Of a DNA stretch of 50,904 bases, positions 35,906 to 46,719 are shown piece by piece (within the stretch, counting starts at the first letter, position 1; each line of letters starts with the position of its first letter). Position numbers and translations under genes: made by a program. Source of the stretch: Bigelowiella natans CCMP2755. Its lineage: Eukaryota; Protista; Cercozoa. The DNA lies in assembly GCA_000320545.1 (NCBI GenBank), contig ADNK01002344.1:1-50904 (forward strand), in the 5' to 3' direction. Under the pieces are notes generated by a model that did no database searches, was not told the DNA's origin, and saw nothing but the letters and a program-made list of their open reading frames with translations.

Positions 35906-37112
35906 CTACACAATCCTAGGGATCGTGGGAAAAATGTACGTCATTGCTCTCGAAAGCCACCTTCCCGCAATGCTTACTGCTAGACAAACTTAGTAATGCA
36001 TAAAGAACTACAGCGTGCAGCAGCATCTACACACATTTGCACATGAAACTAAATAGAATTAAAATGATCGTGAGCACGTCTTCTGACGCTAACGAACCCT
36101 AGCTAGCTAGCGTGTAGCAGCAACATACAGGTCAGCACGCGTAGCCATCACCTGCACTATCTAGACCCATCTAGCCATCCTCGACACTGCTTGCTTTGCT
36201 AGTCATCAAGCATTCTAGCATTGCACAGCAGATTACAACATTGGGATGACCGACTGAAATTTTTTAATGACCATTCATTACGTACATGTCGCCCTATGCT
36301 AGCTAGCTAGACATGCTGCATTGACTCAGGCGGATCCTGCACACCTTACTGCAGACTTCTGAATGCTAGCTAGCTAGAATGCGCTCGTGCTCACTAGTTT
36401 GACTAGTAGTTGACATCATGCTAGCTAGGCCACAAACTACAAGCTAGCTAGATTAGTACACGCTAGCACGTACAGCATAGCCAATACAGAGAAGCTATCG
36501 GATCCGAGCGTATGGCTAAGCTAAGACACCCTCTAGCTAGATGGCCTACAACGTACGTATACGACGTACTAGTCTAGCAGTACGTAGCTATATAGCCAGG
36601 CTAGCAGGTAGCATTACTAGCATTAAGCAACACACAAGCTTTTGAATCAAATGTGTGCAGCGATCAGCACGTGTATACGTGAGCAGGCGCACAACTGCGC
36701 TAGACTTACACATGTCTAGGCGAAGTGCATGCACGTCTATACTGCCGGCGCATGCAAACATAAACATTACATCTAGATAGACATACGATATTTTACAGTG
36801 TGCTAGTGTGCCGCCTAGCCGTGCACAGCACATATCTAGCTATATCAAACTTGAATGGCAGCACAGTATTATTTGCTGTAGCGCGACTTGCATGTCGAGT
36901 GTGCTCAAAACTTAATTTATGATGGAATGTGTCATTTATTAATAACAGTAGAATTCTCGTCGGACATATATTCTACAGAATGTGTTTTTTGAGACAATTT
37001 ACAGTTTTCTTCTGCAAAATTAGCTTCAGTGGTGGACGCTACGCTACACAGCCCACATCGTACATCTACCGACTTCTAAAGAGGATAAGATGCGGCTGCA
37101 ATTAGAAGTGAA

Positions 37113-38675
37113 TTACTTCTGGCCGGGCATCTTTGATGGAACTGATGCCTGCAGATCCTCTACAGTTTTGATAGAGACATCCTTCCACACTCCTGATAGC
37201 ATACCAATTACGTCAAGTTGGTCAACTCACTTGATGATCGATGGGAGCAGAACTTGTGAGTACTGAGCTAAGTACAAGAGAAAAAAATAGGTTTTCAGAT
37301 TTAAAGCAGCCTGGAGTAGTTACCTGAGCTAGAATCCCATGGCCCTTCCGCTTCTGGATCACGGTACCAAGGAGTATCAGCGAGCAATTCCTCGAATCCA
37401 GCGGCTTGCTTAAGGGTGATTTGTGGGATATCAGAATAGCTCTGGCTCTTGTCCCCGTCCTCTACTGTCATCAGCGAATCAACGCTCTCCGAATCCATCA
37501 TCGTACCTTCAGCCTGCTCAGTTCCTCTAAGGACAACATCGGGGAACTTTTCCCGAGCATCGGCGGTGGAGTGTTGCTCCTGATTATGGGAGAAAATGAT
37601 GAGGCCTCGTTGCAACATTAGTGATGTCGTCTATGACTTCGAAACTTAGTACAATCTATGGTCCAAAACGATCGCTTCCACGTCGCTGGACATGTTCTAC
37701 CAAATATACATGGTCTCTCTCCTCATCCCAACAATACATAGTATCTCTCCTCATCCCCAACTTTCCTAACCCTCATGTACCTGCCAGAAATTGATAATTT
37801 CTGTAGCCTGGTTGAGCACATTAATTGTGGATGCCTCGGCAATCCAAGATTTGCTTTCCATGATACTCTTGATATCTTCCCATGCATCGGTTTGTGGCCA
37901 AAGGTGGAAGGTAGTTAAAGGTATTCTCTTATTTCCAGGATAAATCTCATCAACAGCCAAAGCAATATGTTTCTCCAGCCAGAGCACGTTCAGGCCGTAT
38001 GACGTCTCAACAGGGGCAGTTTCCATGATTTCACCTGCCTGTTCATCCTCTAGGGATGGGCCTCCAGTCTCAGCAACAAATGCCTTGTACTCATCCTGAA
38101 ACAATACATGTGGTGAGTCACCCAATCGAAACATATAATTCCGGCTATATATTTTCGATATTATCTTGTAGTCGCGATCCACACATTTCATGTAATCATT
38201 TCAGTCGCTGTCAATCGAAGAAACAGTACACCAAACATACTTCGCGTGTAAGTTCGAATATCATTTCATACAAAAAACTAACACACAGCAAACCAGTTGC
38301 ATGCATCATCGTCATCGATCGTTTGCTCGTCATTACCCAGCTAGATGGTTGCCGCAACTCGTCACCATCGAGAGTTTCCCCCTCTCTCAAATCTCCAATT
38401 AAAGAATCCACGCCATCCTCGACATTTAGGAACCCAATACCAGCATTTGGTTTCACCATATTGCGGCTTGTCCTCATAAAATTGCGAGGAGCTACAATAT
38501 TCATCAAGGGTACTCTGCTACGTGTTGCTACTCCGCTCTGCAGTGAACCCCCATTTATGCTAGAGAAGACGATTAGAAGGGTTAATGCTGCTGATGTAAG
38601 AAGCGAGGCCTTCAGAAGGATGTTGTTCTTCCTGGCGGAAGGTGACGGGAGCAAGGGGGGGGCCATCGTCTGCAT
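37113..38675 (-). CDS. psrp3: Plastid-targeted plastid-specific ribosomal protein PSRP-3 / Ycf65
   Basis: Exons 38675-38337, 38095-37781, 37579-37324 and probably 37192-37113. The domain YGLNVLWLEKHIALAVDEI..IPLTTFHLWPQTDAWEDIKSIMESKSWI..VLNQATEIINFWQ..EKFPDV matches PSRP-3/Ycf65. N-terminus has a hydrophobic stretch (LLTSAALTLLIVFS) followed by an R/S-rich transit-like peptide. The last exon is tentative. Confidence 0.85.
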
Positions 38676-39252
38676 TTTGTGCGGTGTGGATGAGGGGTCC
38701 TGAAGCCAGTAAGATCGTCGGGATACCTCAAGTCAGTAACTTATGAAAGAAATAGAGGCGACTCATAATAACACAATCATACATACCTGTAAAATGATGC
38801 CAAAATAGCAATTATTTCTTCGGCTTACGAGTGGCCATGGGAAGGCGAGTCGGAATCTGAAGCGACAAATTAAAGCTACGGCCCTATTTTGTTAGTGATC
38901 TCTAGAGATCTCCAGAGTTAAATTTGGACGTCGAAGCAACTTCCCGAGAGTGACCTTTCCTCAAGATTTTAATAAAATTTGCCAATTCCATCAGTTTATG
39001 AACATCCTGTGATATCGTACATATCTAACAGAAGGCATAATGATTATTCCATAGCGAGATTTGATCGGAATTATACAGAATAACCGGTTGTAGTGGAGAA
39101 TTTTCGAATTTAAGTTCGTTCTCCAACTTTGACAGAATAAATATTCTCATTAAATTTATTTTATACGACTACGTGATATTCTTGTCGTATTGTATAGATC
39201 AATCGTTTATAGAATAGTGCGGAGACTCGGAAGTCTTAAAAGTCAAGTTGGG
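38676..39252. promoter_or_regulatory. Short AT-rich divergent region between psrp3 and the CCCH gene
   Basis: Head-to-head genes about 580 bp apart; AT-rich core at 38960-39200. Confidence 0.45.
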
Positions 39253-41258
39253 ATGGCGGAGACCGTGACGGACGGGAAGGCAACTCTTGCGGAAAACGAG
39301 GATGCGCCGCAACCCGAGACCTCAACTGGAGGGTTAGAGGAAGCGAAATCCGAACCAGCAAAGGTACTACTTCAAGCACATGACAAGGATTTTTAATCAG
39401 TTCCTCCTACCTCCTCAGTGATCTCCAGAAAATTATATTTATACTCGTGTGGTTTCTCCGAATAATTACATGGTATCTTTAACTTAAAAACAGAGTGACA
39501 AGGAAGACGCAAAGGAAGAAATAAAAGAAGGAAATTCAGAAAGAGGACGTGAGAAGCGATCAGATGGCACACGGCAAGCTAGGTCCAGATCTGCAAGGTA
39601 AATGCTAGTAGATCTGATGGATGTTCGGTTTTTATGTTATTAGTTATATTACCAATGAACGCTGATCAGAATATTTGTGCCTTATAAAGTCCGGACTTAG
39701 AGAGTCGCTGGGCAGCAAGGGAAAGAAGCCCTCCACGTAGACAGGAAATTCAGAGTTTCGAGGTACTGATCACCTTTGTCATTGGTATCATTCAAGTGAA
39801 TTTAAGTTGGTTCCTTTTAGGATGATGAAACTCTTCAGGGAGGTCAAACCGCCCAACGAGGTTTCAATGCGCAACAACAAATATGCCGTGACTTCCTTTT
39901 GGGTCGGTGTTTTCGAGCAACTTGCCGATTTGTACACGATGAATCACAAGCACAAAGGAGTCGACCTGCCCAGCAAGAAACATGCAAGGATTTCATGAAC
40001 GGTGATCGACCTTAAAGCAAAAATGTTTGTTATTGATGAAATATTTGATTCCTATGACTTGATCAGGTCGATGCAGTCGTGGAAGAAGCTGCCGATTCGC
40101 ACACCCGGCTGAAGGTAGTCTTCAATCATACACAAAAAAAAAAAACACATATGCGCAAATGTTGCAAAATGACTTGACGAGTAAGATGCACGCTACGCAG
40201 CGCAAAACATGCTTTTCGGCGCCGGCGCTTATGGCGGCTTTGGGTAGTTACGTACATACCTTAGCGAATCAAAAAACTGAAAAACTCCTCTAAACCTTCT
40301 GTACTACTAATCCTCTAAACTTGATCGCATGCAAAACGAGATTTCTCGTGCCTGAGTATTTTTACCAAACAGCGGGGGCGGATATGGTGGTGGATATGGT
40401 GGTGGCGGAGGTTTTTATGGCGGCGGCGGAGGTTTTGGTGGCGGCGGTGGTTTTGGTGGAGGTTACGGTGGCAATAGAGGACAAGGTTTGCGTGTACTAC
40501 TATGAAGATTTTTTAGCACTGTCAGGTGCTCATTTACTTTATCTTAGGTGGTAAAATCCCGGAAATGTGTCGGGACTTTCTGAATGGCAAGTGTACTAGA
40601 GGGCAATTCTGTCGATTCATGCATGAAGAAAGGGGCGTAGATGTTTGTAAGGATTTCCAAAAAGGAAGGTGCATGCGCGGTTCGGAATGTAAATTCCGTC
40701 ATGAATCGATAGATGGTGGAGCAGTTCGAAGTCGATATGGTGGTGACGCAAACGCAGGAAGCATGGTTCCCATTTGCAAAGATTTTCAAAATGGGAGATG
40801 CGCAAGGTGTGAACAGGTTTCGCTTAAAATCGAGTTGCCCATGTTTTGATTGTCACGTGCAAATTAGGGGTAACGCATGTAAGTATCTGCACGAAATGGG
40901 AGAGCAAAAGCAAGAGGCTCAGGCTCAGGCTCCTCAGACGTGCCGTGATTTCCTTCTCGGCAGATGTTTCAGGCCAAATTGTAAGTATCTTCACGATGCA
41001 AGTCAAAGGTATGTCTTTCTCATTGTTTGTTTAGATTGAATTCGTGTATGAGATAATATCAAACATACCCTGCGGATATGCAGATTGGATCAGAATGACG
41101 GCTCTAATAACCAACCTGCTTCTAGTGATCGAGGTGGTTATCTTCCACCAGAATCTAGTGATCAAGGTGGTTATCTTCAACCATGTAGAGATTTCCAGCG
41201 AGGTCGATGTGTGCGGGGAAATATGTGCAAGTTCTCTCATGATGCTGCGATCTATTGA
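39253..41258 (+). CDS. Multi-CCCH zinc-finger RNA-binding protein (7 fingers, muscleblind/ZC3H10-like spacing) with Gly-rich and RS-like segments
   Basis: About 10 exons. Fingers: ICRDFLLGRCFRATCRFVH, TCKDFMNGRCSRGRSCRFAH, MCRDFLNGKCTRGQFCRFMH, VCKDFQKGRCMRGSECKFRH, ICKDFQNGRCARGNACKYLH, TCRDFLLGRCFRPNCKYLH, PCRDFQRGRCVRGNMCKFSH. Stop TGA at 41256-41258. Confidence 0.88.
41121..41183 (+). repeat. 33-nt coding tandem duplication (SSDRGGYLPPE / SSDQGGYLQP)
   Basis: tctagtgatcgaggtggttatcttccaccagaa | tctagtgatcaaggtggttatcttcaacca. Confidence 0.8.
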
Positions 41259-42875
41259 TTTTGAATTTCTACTCGGACTTCTGGATCAGTTCAATTTCAT
41301 CTACAGAATTACAAATAGATCTTCATTGAGGAAGAGAATGATGATTGGACGATCACGACGATCCAAATGGTTGGAGGATCGAAATTCACTAATCATCTAG
41401 AAATGTAACACTACTAAAGTTATCTACTGTAGCCATTGTCTAGCTGGAATGCTGTCCAACTACGTGCACGACTACACATTCGCCTTACATATTTGCAATT
41501 ATACCGACGCACTAGCTAACTAGCGCAGGCTTCTCAGACAGAGCGAGATAGATGACGATGCATGTATCCATTGCACACATATACGTGCGCATGCACAGCT
41601 AGTGTAAGCCATTCCAATAATCTTACATGCATGAGGACCGCTACCTAGCTACCTAGCTACGCTTCTAATCGATTTGTTCCTTGCGATAATAAATTAAATG
41701 AGCTATCTGGATTTTCATAAGCGTTTGATGATTGCTCACAAAGGGCAATGTTATCATGCAGCACATGCACAGTGGCGCCGAGGCGCCGACACTGTTGTTT
41801 AAATCGTGCTAATGATGAAAAAAATAAAAAACATGCACATCTTCGAAAGCAATCTAAGGCATTGCTTCATAGGTAAAACGAAAAGGCTTAGTTCGAGTTT
41901 CTATCTTGGTAATATGTTCAAATCCTAGAATGAGATCTTACATTTTCGTCCTTCCGACTCTAATGCTACGTTCTTTTAAATGAGAATTGCAGCAGCGTTC
42001 ACATGTCAGCTCCTCCGTCCTTGAAACTTTGTTCCGCAAGTGGCGGCTTCTCCCCGATATCAAATGGAATGTGAGGAAGGTTTGTTGTAAACCGCAATAA
42101 AATTATCATAATTGTTAAATGTGATGCGGATTTATCCCCTCCCGACGTATGGGAGTAGTCCTCATCTGAAACACCTATGCATGTGGTGGAGGAAAATTAT
42201 AATGTTAGTTCTTATCCCAGAGGAAAGGTGACTTTTGTTCCTCTTATTATACTTTGAGTCAACCCATCCTGGCCAAACAAAAAAAGTTGTCGGGAGTTAC
42301 CGTTTCTAATTTTTAAACGTGAAACGGAATTTCAGGTGACGGGTGGAGAGCGAAGAAGTCACGACGTCACCATCGGTCCGAGAGAAGGGCATTCGGAAGC
42401 ACGGCTCTGGAATGATGACAAAATCAGATCCAGCGCGACAACAAACGTGCGGGTCTGTAATGCCGAGAAAGATAGCGAAAGAGCCCCGGCAATATCTCGT
42501 AATTTACGAAAGTTGCCGTAGGCTTGCGGAGCAAACAAAGAGATTAGTGACCAATGTCAAACACAAGGCCCCGGAGGACCAAGAGAGATGTGGCCGAAAC
42601 GCCATAAACCTGCACGAAATGCCAGCGCGTTTCAGGCGGTGTGGAGTTGTGCCGGGATTCGCTGGAGAGCTAAGAGAGACCAGAGAAAGGTGTGGGTTCG
42701 CCGAGATACGTGCACGTCGACTGCCACGCACGCTGCACGCAGCATACCTCAAATTGTGATAAAATCGTGGGTAAGTCCCGACTTTCTACCAAGACCGCCT
42801 GCATTAGCGCTCCGAAGCTGGCGAGTCCGCACTTTGCCCGAGCTTAAACGTGACCCGGAAAACACACTTGTCAAC

Positions 42876-44794
42876 ATGTCCACGTACAACGCCATCGTTG
42901 ATCTCGAGACCCAGGTTGCGCCCAAGCGCTCCTCCAACATGCTCGTCAAGGCACTCTCTGTGTCTGCCGTTGCTCTCTCCATGGTTCTTTGCTACCAGGC
43001 AGTATCCATGGCAAATCAGCAAGGTGGGGTATAGTCGTTGTGGCAATTATGCAGAAACCCATCTGCAGCTTCTGCGTTGAAAGATTATCCTTGTATTATG
43101 CCTAAAGACCTTTTTGAGAATAGTTGAATCGATGAATCCTTTCTGAGACATTTTTGTTGCAGTTGCTGTCGAGCCTCTCGTTGGAGGTGGGTTCTCCATG
43201 GCAGGTGTCCGCCCTGTTTCCCGCATGGCTGTTGCTCCTATGCACTCCGTTTCTCCTATGAACGTTGGCCGCTTCTCCAAGCCTTCTGTTACCAAGTTCT
43301 CTGCAGTCTCCCGCCCTCAGCAGCTTAAGGTTAACGTTGAAAAGAAGATGTCTGTTGGTGACTTGAAGAAGGAAGAGCTCGACGGAAAGGTTGCTCTCGT
43401 TCGTTGCGACCTCAACGTTCCTCTTGACGGAAAGACCATCACTGATGACACCCGTATCCGCGCTTCCATCCCAACCATCAAGCACCTGGTAAGAAGCAAA
43501 CACAACCGTCATTCGCAAATGATGAGCGACCAGAAAACCCCTCTTAACTGAAATAACTTCGTAGGTTGAGAGCGGCGCTAAGGTTCTCCTTACCTCCCAC
43601 CTTGGACGTCCTAAAGACGGTACGCAAATCAAACTATGTTCAGATTCAGGCTACAGTCTGTTCAAAATCTCACGTCCAATCATCGTAAATCTCAGGACCT
43701 GAGGATAAGTTCTCCCTCGCTCCTGTCGCTGCTCGTCTTTCCGAGCTCCTCGGACAGGACGTGACCTTCGTCAAGGACTGCATTGGAGAGCCTGTCAAGG
43801 AGGCTGTTGCCACCATGACACCTGGATCCGTCGCTCTCCTCGAGAACGTTCGTTTCTACAAGGAAGAGACCAAGAACGAACCAGAGTTCGCTAAGAAGGT
43901 GCTTGCAAAAACTCACAAATAAAACTAGCAGCCCAGTAAGATATCATGACGAAACAAACGGTTCTGACTGTGTCCCCGTGTCCCCTTGTATGCTCTTAGC
44001 TCGCTGCTAACGCTGACCTCTTCGTGAACGATGCTTTCGGAACCGCTCACCGTGCTCACGGATCCACCGAGGGAGTTACCGCTCACCTCAAGCCTTCCGT
44101 CGCTGGATTCCTTCTTCAGAAGGAGCTCGACTACCTTCAAGGCGCTGTTGCAGAACCTGCTCGTCCTTTCGCTGCTATCGTTGGTGGATCCAAGGTTTCC
44201 TCCAAGATCGGTGTTATCGAGTCCCTCCTCGAGAAGGTTGACAAGCTCGTCATCGGAGGCGGTATGGTTTTCACCTTCCTCAAGGCTCGCGGCCTCGAAG
44301 TAGGAAGCTCCCTCGTCGAGGAGGACAAGCTCGAGCTCGCTAAGGACCTTGAGCGCATCGCAAAGGAGAAGGGCGTTGAACTCATCCTCCCTACCGACGT
44401 TGTCCTCGCTGATGCATTCGCCAAGGATGCTAACACCCAGGTCGCTGATGCTACCGCAATCCCTGAGGGATGGATGGGACTTGACCAGGGGCCTAAGGCT
44501 ACCGAGGAGATCATTGCTGCTCTCAAGGACTGCAAGACTGTTATCTGGAACGGACCTATGGGTGTCTTCGAATTCGAGGCGTTCTCCAAGGGAACCTTCG
44601 GAGTTGCTGACGCTCTCGCTGATCTCACCAAGGGAGGCGCAACCACCATCATCGGCGGAGGAGACTCCGTTGCTGCTGTAGAGCAGGCTGGCCTTGCTGA
44701 CCAGATGTCCCACATCTCTACCGGAGGTGGAGCTTCCCTCGAGCTCCTCGAAGGAAAGGTCCTTCCTGGAGTTGCTGCCCTTAACGCAGCTTAA
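42876..44794 (+). CDS. PGK: Plastid-targeted phosphoglycerate kinase
   Basis: Exons 42876-43023, 43163-43488, 43565-43619, 43696-43898, 44000-44794. Motifs [75 protein letters not shown]. Bipartite leader of about 110 aa. Strong C/T-ending codon bias suggests high expression. Confidence 0.97.
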
Positions 44795-45566
44795 ACAGTC
44801 CATGTACCTTATTACCTCGCGCGTGATGAAGCTTCCAATTAAGAGCCGCACGAGAACCCATGTTACGCATGAGCGTTTGTGTATGCCAAAGAAGTTGATT
44901 CTAAGCGAGATTATTAATCTGTAATTAAAAAAATCAAAAGAAAAATATGGTACAGCTTGAAAAAAATATCTGTCACTAATCTAGTATTGCGGGGCCGGTG
45001 CGTCACAATCGACAGTCTAGCAGTGCATGCTTTGCTATGCGTCTCAGCTCACATACCCGCATCTAGATCAATAAGTAGTAGTAGCAGATGCATGCGAACT
45101 CTGAATCTAGATGAGAGATACTGAATCGAAGCAAGTGCGTAAACTCATAAGATACGCTGCGTACTAACAAATGATAGCATCTTAACCGCTAATAAGCGAA
45201 ATGATGAATGATAACCAACCTAGCCAGCAACTCGATGCGTCATGGTAGCATGCATGCGAATATGTTCAACGTCTAAATATTGTTCCGTGCAGCTGCATGT
45301 AAATCTACATTACTGTCTAATAATCTACATAACTGTCTGGTTGAGTTGGTTGAGGTCACTGCTACACGTTGTATAGCACTGCTCGCATAGCTACATTATG
45401 TCATAAGATGGCCGTTCAAAGAAATTAATTTATTTGATTATTACATGCGTCAGACACTATATGTAAACAAACGGAGCCAGAAGTATGCTAGTATGTAACA
45501 GTTCTTGATATCTTGGACTCCAAAATCTAACTTATATTATTACTATTCCAGTATCGCAGCGCTGCG

Positions 45567-46469
45567 CTACGGGTCCTCTACGCGTTGTATTTCTCCTTCA
45601 TTGTCCAAGGTCAACGTTAAGAGCTTCTCAATCTTCCTTCTGTGCCACCATTCCTTCGCCGGCGGGGCTTTCGCGCTTGTCCTCTCATCAACAGCACTTG
45701 TTGCATTCGAACCCCCGTTTGAAGGCGGAGACGTAATCTCCGCAAGAGCTTCGGCCAATGCCCGTGTCTCATCATCCCCACTCATCATCGTCTGGTCATC
45801 AATATCCATGTAGTTTCCTTCCGGGAGAAAAAGAAAAGCAGCAAGCACCCTCAGCATGAGAAGATGAACAACCCCCTCCCCCCCCACCCCCACATCGCGT
45901 CCAGACGCAGCTCTCAACTCATCCAGTACTCGATTATGCGTGATGGATTAGCACCGCATTTGGTGTCATATAGCAGATAGATAGATGCTGCTAGGTGGGT
46001 TAGTGTACGAATCATCTTACGTTTGCTCGTGAGGTGGTAGTCGTAGAGCGAGACAGAAATGTACTTTGGAGGGGCCTCAGGGAAGGGGTTCTCGCTTATC
46101 AGGGACAGAACCTAGCGCAAGCATCATGGACGACGCAGCCGAAGGAAGGACGACAATGTTTAGCTCCAGTGGCTTTTCCAGATAAAAATGGCAGTGTTTT
46201 TTGAGGTATCACAAGGAAAGCGAGACGATGGCAGCAAGGAAGAATTGGAAAAGGGAATAAAACGTAAGAAAGAAGAAAAGAAGGGAGGAGGAGGCGACGG
46301 TCGTGATGAGCACTGCGAGTGGGCACTACCGGTTTAGATCCCTGCAGCAGCCTTTGCAGGAAGATCATGAACCACTGAGAGCGCCCCCAACACGCATCCA
46401 TCAAGCGATGAGAAAACACGAAGAGGCATAATGCCCATCAACCCAAAAAAGCCCAAAGTCAGTGATTAA

Positions 46470-46511
<42 letters not shown>

Positions 46512-46676
46512 GTGTGAGTGGGGATGTGTGTGATCACACGCATGCTAGTGTTTACGTCTGGAAGAAATCCGCCGCGGTAGAGCCTCAGCGGTATGAACCT
46601 GTGACAGCAGATAATCAGGATGCACGCTCCTTTTTTGTTTATCCAACGACACGGCACGTGCGGTGGAATTGTTGGC

Positions 46677-46719
<43 letters not shown>

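Noticed and set aside
36090-36112. aaccctagctag resembling a telomeric repeat
   Set aside because: Single unit embedded in the CTAG-rich tract, not a tandem array.
42336-42875. ORFs upstream of PGK, including an in-frame extension from 42588
   Set aside because: Non-ATG starts and no motifs; ATG 42876 in a caacATG context begins a typical leader.
43925-44851. 308-aa antisense ORF over PGK
   Set aside because: Mirror of the strongly biased PGK codons; not an independent gene.
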